DNA of 64,000 nucleotides from Candidatus Poribacteria bacterium (GTDB lineage Bacteria; Poribacteria; WGA-4E; WGA-3G): NCBI GenBank assembly GCA_965214095.1, contig OZ243938.1, positions 864,001 to 928,000 of the forward strand, read 5' to 3'. Shown piece by piece: positions 60,125 to 64,000 of this stretch (position 1 is its first letter; each line of letters starts with the position of its first letter). The notes under the pieces were generated by a model. It saw only the letters and a program-made list of their open reading frames with translations, ran no database searches and was not told where the DNA came from. The position numbers and the translations under genes were made by a program.

Positions 60125-61003
60125 TCACCGATTTTTTTGTTTATGAACTTTACTAAACCATCGTTTGTATCTATGACTATCTTGTAGCATTTGTTGGAGA
60201 AGGATTAATTCCTCATCCTCTTCATTACAAGGAGCATTTTCAGTTAATGCTAATAACTCCTCATATACTACTTTATCTTCATTTACAAGTGATGCCAGAA
60301 GATTATGGAAATCTTCGCCATGACCAAGTAATGAAAATAATTGGTTTGTATGATGAAGTTCTTCAGAAGCTGCTTGGTTAAGGTATGCGGCAAGTTCGTG
60401 CTCATTCTGTTTTTCTGCGATCTTTGCAAGGATCAATCTAATACCGACGAGTTTAAGTTTTGCTTGAGCAAGTTCATCAAGTTCAGTTTCAAATTTTTCC
60501 TGCAAATGGTCCGCATCTCGTGGATGCAGTTGTGAATAACTGGGCCACACTGGTTTTGCCATGACCTGCTTCAACTTTTTTAGACTCCCAATCAGGTTAT
60601 CTCTTTCTTCCTGCGAAAGTTGCCCAAATGTTTGTTCCCAAAATTCTACTGCATATTGGACACGTTCTTTGAAGAGTTGTTCAGATTGCGGTGTCAGTTG
60701 AATACGTGCACGTCTTCGATCTTCATCACATTTACAACGGACAACCCAACCGTGCTTCTCAAGTCTACTGACTAGACCAGATACCGTATTGTGTGCGAGA
60801 CCTAAATGCTCACCTAACTCACTGACATACATACCAGATTCACGCCCATACCAATGTAAGTGTTGTAAAGCGTTGAATTGTACGACTGTCAGTCGACTGG
60901 GTACTATATCCTGAATAAACCTGGATTTGACTGCTGCTTGCGCATGATGCATCACACGCATCACAAAATCAATTTCTCTGTTAAACTCCTGGTCTTTAGA
61001 CAT
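60125..61003 (-). CDS. MarR-family regulator with C-terminal ferritin/rubrerythrin-like domain
   Basis: wHTH (SELGEHLGLAHNTVSGLVSRLEKHGWV, DRR) and a helical C-terminus with AASEELHH. Confidence 0.75.
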   Translation of the reverse strand: MSKDQEFNREIDFVMRVMHHAQAAVKSRFIQDIVPSRLTVVQFNALQHLHWYGRESGMYVSELGEHLGLAHNTVSGLVSRLEKHGWVVRCKCDEDRRRARIQLTPQSEQLFKERVQYAVEFWEQTFGQLSQEERDNLIGSLKKLKQVMAKPVWPSYSQLHPRDADHLQEKFETELDELAQAKLKLVGIRLILAKIAEKQNEHELAAYLNQAASEELHHTNQLFSLLGHGEDFHNLLASLVNEDKVVYEELLALTENAPCNEEDEELILLQQMLQDSHRYKRWFSKVHKQKNR

Positions 61004-61115
61004 CTATTAAATACGTCCTAAATATGATATATATTCCGTCGTATACGACATAAATTATAAACTAAATGTTAGTGTGTGTCAAATTAAAATGCGGAAAACA
61101 TAATGCTTGAGCAAA

Positions 61116-62852
61116 TTAATTGCTCCCAATCAAGCGTTGTGCCTTCATTTTTCTTTTACGTTTAGACTTATTCTTTGTGGGTTTTGTTCGTGTTTCTTTT
61201 GTTTTCTCAATCTGTTGCAGTTCCTTTTGTCTTTCATCATCTAACTTTTGCTGTTGTTCTGCTTCGTATTCTGCATAATTTCCGTTAAAAAAGTGTGTTT
61301 TCGTCCCCTCTTTTGTCACCTCAAAAATCAACATTTTGGTCGCTAGATTATTCAGCAAATAACGGTCATGTGAAATAACAAAAAGCGTTGCTGGGAACTG
61401 TGCCAGTGATTTCTCAAGTGCTTCACGAGCAGAAATATCAAGATGGTTTGTAGGTTCATCAAGCAGTAGGACATTAGCGTTTTCCAATAACAACTTCGCT
61501 AATTGGACGCGACTCTGCTCACCACCACTAAGATTGCCAATTCGTTTAAATACATCATCGCCAAAAAACAGAAACTTTGCTAAATAACTTCGCACCTCAA
61601 AAGGTGTTTTCTCTGGACAAAGTTCCCAGACTTCTTCAAGGATTTCGTTGTCTATGTTGAGACCTTCTAACTCTTGTGTGTAATATCCAAACTTCAGTGT
61701 TGGACCAACCCACATTTCGCCTTCGGTAGGTTTTTCCTGCCCCAAAATCATACGGAACAAGGTAGTTTTTCCAGTACCGTTCGGTCCAATTATCCCAACG
61801 ACATCCCCACGGTCTACCTCAAAATTTAGATCAGTAAATAAAACTTTATCCCCAAACTGTTTTCCAACATTATGACACCTTAATATATCGTTTCCACCGC
61901 GTGTATCCTGCGCAAAGTTGAGTGTAACTGTTGGAGCATCAGGTTTGGGTTCATCTATTTGTTCCAGTCGTTCTAATCTTTTACGTCTACCTTGAGCCTC
62001 ACGAGTTCGCTGTCCTGCTATATTCCGATCAATAAACTCCTGTTCTTGTGCTACAAACGCTTGTTGCATTTTAAACGCACGTGAATCAACCAACCGTTCA
62101 ACATTCTTTATTTCAAGATATTTAGAATAGTTACCACGATAGATGTTTATTTCCGAATCTACAAGTTCCCATACTTTCCTAACAACCTTATCTAAGAAAT
62201 ATCTGTCGTGAGAAACAACAAGCACCCCGCCTTTATACTCAGTATTGAGATAATTCTCTAACCACTCAATCCCATTTATATCAAGATGATTCGTCGGTTC
62301 ATCAAAGAGCAGTAAATCGGGTTCTTCAAGGAGGAGTTTTGCTAAGGTCGCTCTACTTTTTTGACCTCCACTCAGGACGTTAACCGGCAAATTGAAGTCT
62401 TGCTCGTGAAAACCTAATCCTCCGAGTACACGATTAATCCTGTGCTCATAGTCATATCCTCCCAGTCGTTCATGTTTTTCTTGAAGACGAGAATATTCTT
62501 GGAGGAGCTGCGGAGTTTCCTTAGACTCCATCTGCTCTGCAAGTATGAGCATTTTATCTTCTAAAGCAAGCCGGTCTTCAAAAACCTTGAGTATTTCCTG
62601 TCTTAAAGTGCATTCACGTTCTAACTCAGGTTCTTGACTTAGATATCCTATACGGATACCCTTACCTACAACGACATCGCCTTTAATGTCTGTGAGTAGA
62701 CCTGCAACTATTTTAAGTAACGTTGTTTTCCCAGATCCGTTACGGCCAATTAGTCCAATTCTGTCTCCTGGCGCGATTGCAACAGAAATTTCATCTAATA
62801 TTATGTCCGGGTCATAACGTTTTGTGACTTTATTTATTGTAACTAATGACAT
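61116..62852 (-). CDS. ABC-F family ATPase
   Basis: Two ABC domains (GRNGSGKTT, LSGGQ, DEPTNHLD; GPNGTGKTT, LSGGE) and no transmembrane segments. Start moved to MSLVTINK because the upstream extension lies in a repeat. Confidence 0.93.
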   Translation of the reverse strand: MSLVTINKVTKRYDPDIILDEISVAIAPGDRIGLIGRNGSGKTTLLKIVAGLLTDIKGDVVVGKGIRIGYLSQEPELERECTLRQEILKVFEDRLALEDKMLILAEQMESKETPQLLQEYSRLQEKHERLGGYDYEHRINRVLGGLGFHEQDFNLPVNVLSGGQKSRATLAKLLLEEPDLLLFDEPTNHLDINGIEWLENYLNTEYKGGVLVVSHDRYFLDKVVRKVWELVDSEINIYRGNYSKYLEIKNVERLVDSRAFKMQQAFVAQEQEFIDRNIAGQRTREAQGRRKRLERLEQIDEPKPDAPTVTLNFAQDTRGGNDILRCHNVGKQFGDKVLFTDLNFEVDRGDVVGIIGPNGTGKTTLFRMILGQEKPTEGEMWVGPTLKFGYYTQELEGLNIDNEILEEVWELCPEKTPFEVRSYLAKFLFFGDDVFKRIGNLSGGEQSRVQLAKLLLENANVLLLDEPTNHLDISAREALEKSLAQFPATLFVISHDRYLLNNLATKMLIFEVTKEGTKTHFFNGNYAEYEAEQQQKLDDERQKELQQIEKTKETRTKPTKNKSKRKRKMKAQRLIGSN

Positions 62853-62867
62853 ATCTCTTTTGTTGTG

Positions 62868-63010
62868 TATTTTAGTGAAATGTAAAAAATACGTGCATAC
62901 TCCCCGGTAGATGCGGTTAGGAAACCGCATCTATGAGACTGAACGAACACCGGTTCGGTTAGGAAACCGAACCTACCGTCGTGTGTAAATAATTATGGTT
63001 TTTTACTATA
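62868..63010. mobile_element. ~140-bp REP-containing MITE-like element
   Basis: Near-identical to 2567-2706. Confidence 0.75.
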
Positions 63011-63037
63011 ACTTATTATTGGATGCACTGATGACTG

Positions 63038-63964
63038 CTATAATCTAATTGATTGCCAATTGGCACTTCGTTTAATCATTTCAAAATACTTATCGGCACT
63101 GCTTTCATCAGGATAACGAATATTAAATTGTCGAAATCGCCAGAATGCAATACATAAAGCTGCATAATGAACATAACTATCTAAACAGCCCCATTCATCA
63201 TCGGTCAGTGGACGGTTTGTGTTGTAAACTTCTAAGAAAGCACGAACAGATGGAATATCCAATTGATGGTGTGTATTATAGCAACATCCAATGATTGTCA
63301 TAGCAACATCTATAAGCATTGTATCATAACACACTTCCTCAAAGTCAAGGATCGCAACCATTTTGTCCTTGTCAAATAGTGTGTTATCTAAAAATAGGTC
63401 TCCGTGTAGTAATCCTGTCGGTAGCGGTTTGTCCAATTCAGGTTGTATCCACTCAAGTTCTGACTTCAACCACATTACAAAAGGGTGTCCAGCAAACTCT
63501 GTATCTTTCACCTGTTTCAGAAATGGAGTAATCTCAGTTATACCCATTGGGAAACATGGTAGTTCTGGAAGCGGTGGAATAGCATGCAGAGTTGCTAACG
63601 CTTCTCCAATCTGGACTGAAACTTGTTCGGACGGTTGGGGAGTGCCTCCGTTTAGAAATGGATAAATCATAACATAGTAGTTATCAGAGATATAAAGTGC
63701 TTCGTCGTTTTTCTGCAAAATTGGGTATACAGTAGGATATGCATGTTTTTGCAGATGATCCAATAAACTTAGTTGTTTAAGAAGTTGGTCAAGGTTTTTC
63801 TCATCACATATTTTAAGGAGGTATACACCCTTTGTAGTAGATAACTTGAAGTTGCTGTTACCATATCCGCCAGGTATATCCTCAAACTTCACGGGTGTAC
63901 CAATCTCATAGTCCTTCAAAATCTTCGCGAGTGCTTCTGTGGTAAGGGTCGTATACTGTGGCAT
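63038..63964 (-). CDS. thrB: homoserine kinase type II (APH-like phosphotransferase)
   Basis: N-terminal YTxL, GxxNSNF, HGDLFLDN and ILDFEE motifs. Confidence 0.75.
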   Translation of the reverse strand: MPQYTTLTTEALAKILKDYEIGTPVKFEDIPGGYGNSNFKLSTTKGVYLLKICDEKNLDQLLKQLSLLDHLQKHAYPTVYPILQKNDEALYISDNYYVMIYPFLNGGTPQPSEQVSVQIGEALATLHAIPPLPELPCFPMGITEITPFLKQVKDTEFAGHPFVMWLKSELEWIQPELDKPLPTGLLHGDLFLDNTLFDKDKMVAILDFEEVCYDTMLIDVAMTIIGCCYNTHHQLDIPSVRAFLEVYNTNRPLTDDEWGCLDSYVHYAALCIAFWRFRQFNIRYPDESSADKYFEMIKRSANWQSIRL

Positions 63965-64000
63965 GTTATGATATGTGCAGTGTGTTTATTCTGGTTCAGC

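Noticed and set aside
62853-62930. N-terminal extension of the ABC-F ORF
   Set aside because: It is mostly encoded by a dispersed repeat; the ABC domain starts at MSLVTINK.
1-64000. tRNA and rRNA genes
   Set aside because: None was recognised by eye.

Overview
AT-rich bacterial DNA. It is probably from Candidatus Poribacteria or a relative; this is an inference from the large LP(E/D)GAxAR(L/F)G(K/R)G-type WD40 expansion, a C-terminal 'VxPxx(K/R)LxxxWGxLK' tail on a secreted protein, and dense palindromic repeats. Two divergently oriented WD40 beta-propeller arrays dominate the window. Array 1 (minus strand, ~4.5-32 kb) has three ECF sigma-WD40 fusions followed by alternating A/B WD40 paralogues at a ~4-kb period. 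These paralogues are mosaics of one another, and two fusions carry an internal Shine-Dalgarno plus ATG at the sigma/WD40 junction. Array 2 (plus strand, ~44-56.5 kb) holds 'KPYL'-tailed WD40 genes interleaved with four members of a small-protein family. The family has a conserved hydrophobic leader (AFAFDGFNxExxTGGEVEAW), a Gly linker and an unrelated Cys-rich C-terminus in each copy. Only the first copy is intact, and a conserved 187-nt spacer with two hairpins joins WD40 genes to these cassettes. This polymorphic WD40/Cys-rich-peptide locus is the best candidate for an undescribed system. Between the arrays lie a PAP2 phosphatase, pbpC with alpha-2-macroglobulin, and a cytochrome P460 lipoprotein paired with a di-heme porin-like protein. 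The flanks hold a Zn-dependent dehydrogenase, ftsY, an ECF sigma, a MarR-ferritin-like regulator, an ABC-F protein and a homoserine kinase. Many MITEs and GTAG-type REPs, an IS1595 remnant and a possible IS605 right-end remnant are also present. All calls were made by eye; no searches were run.
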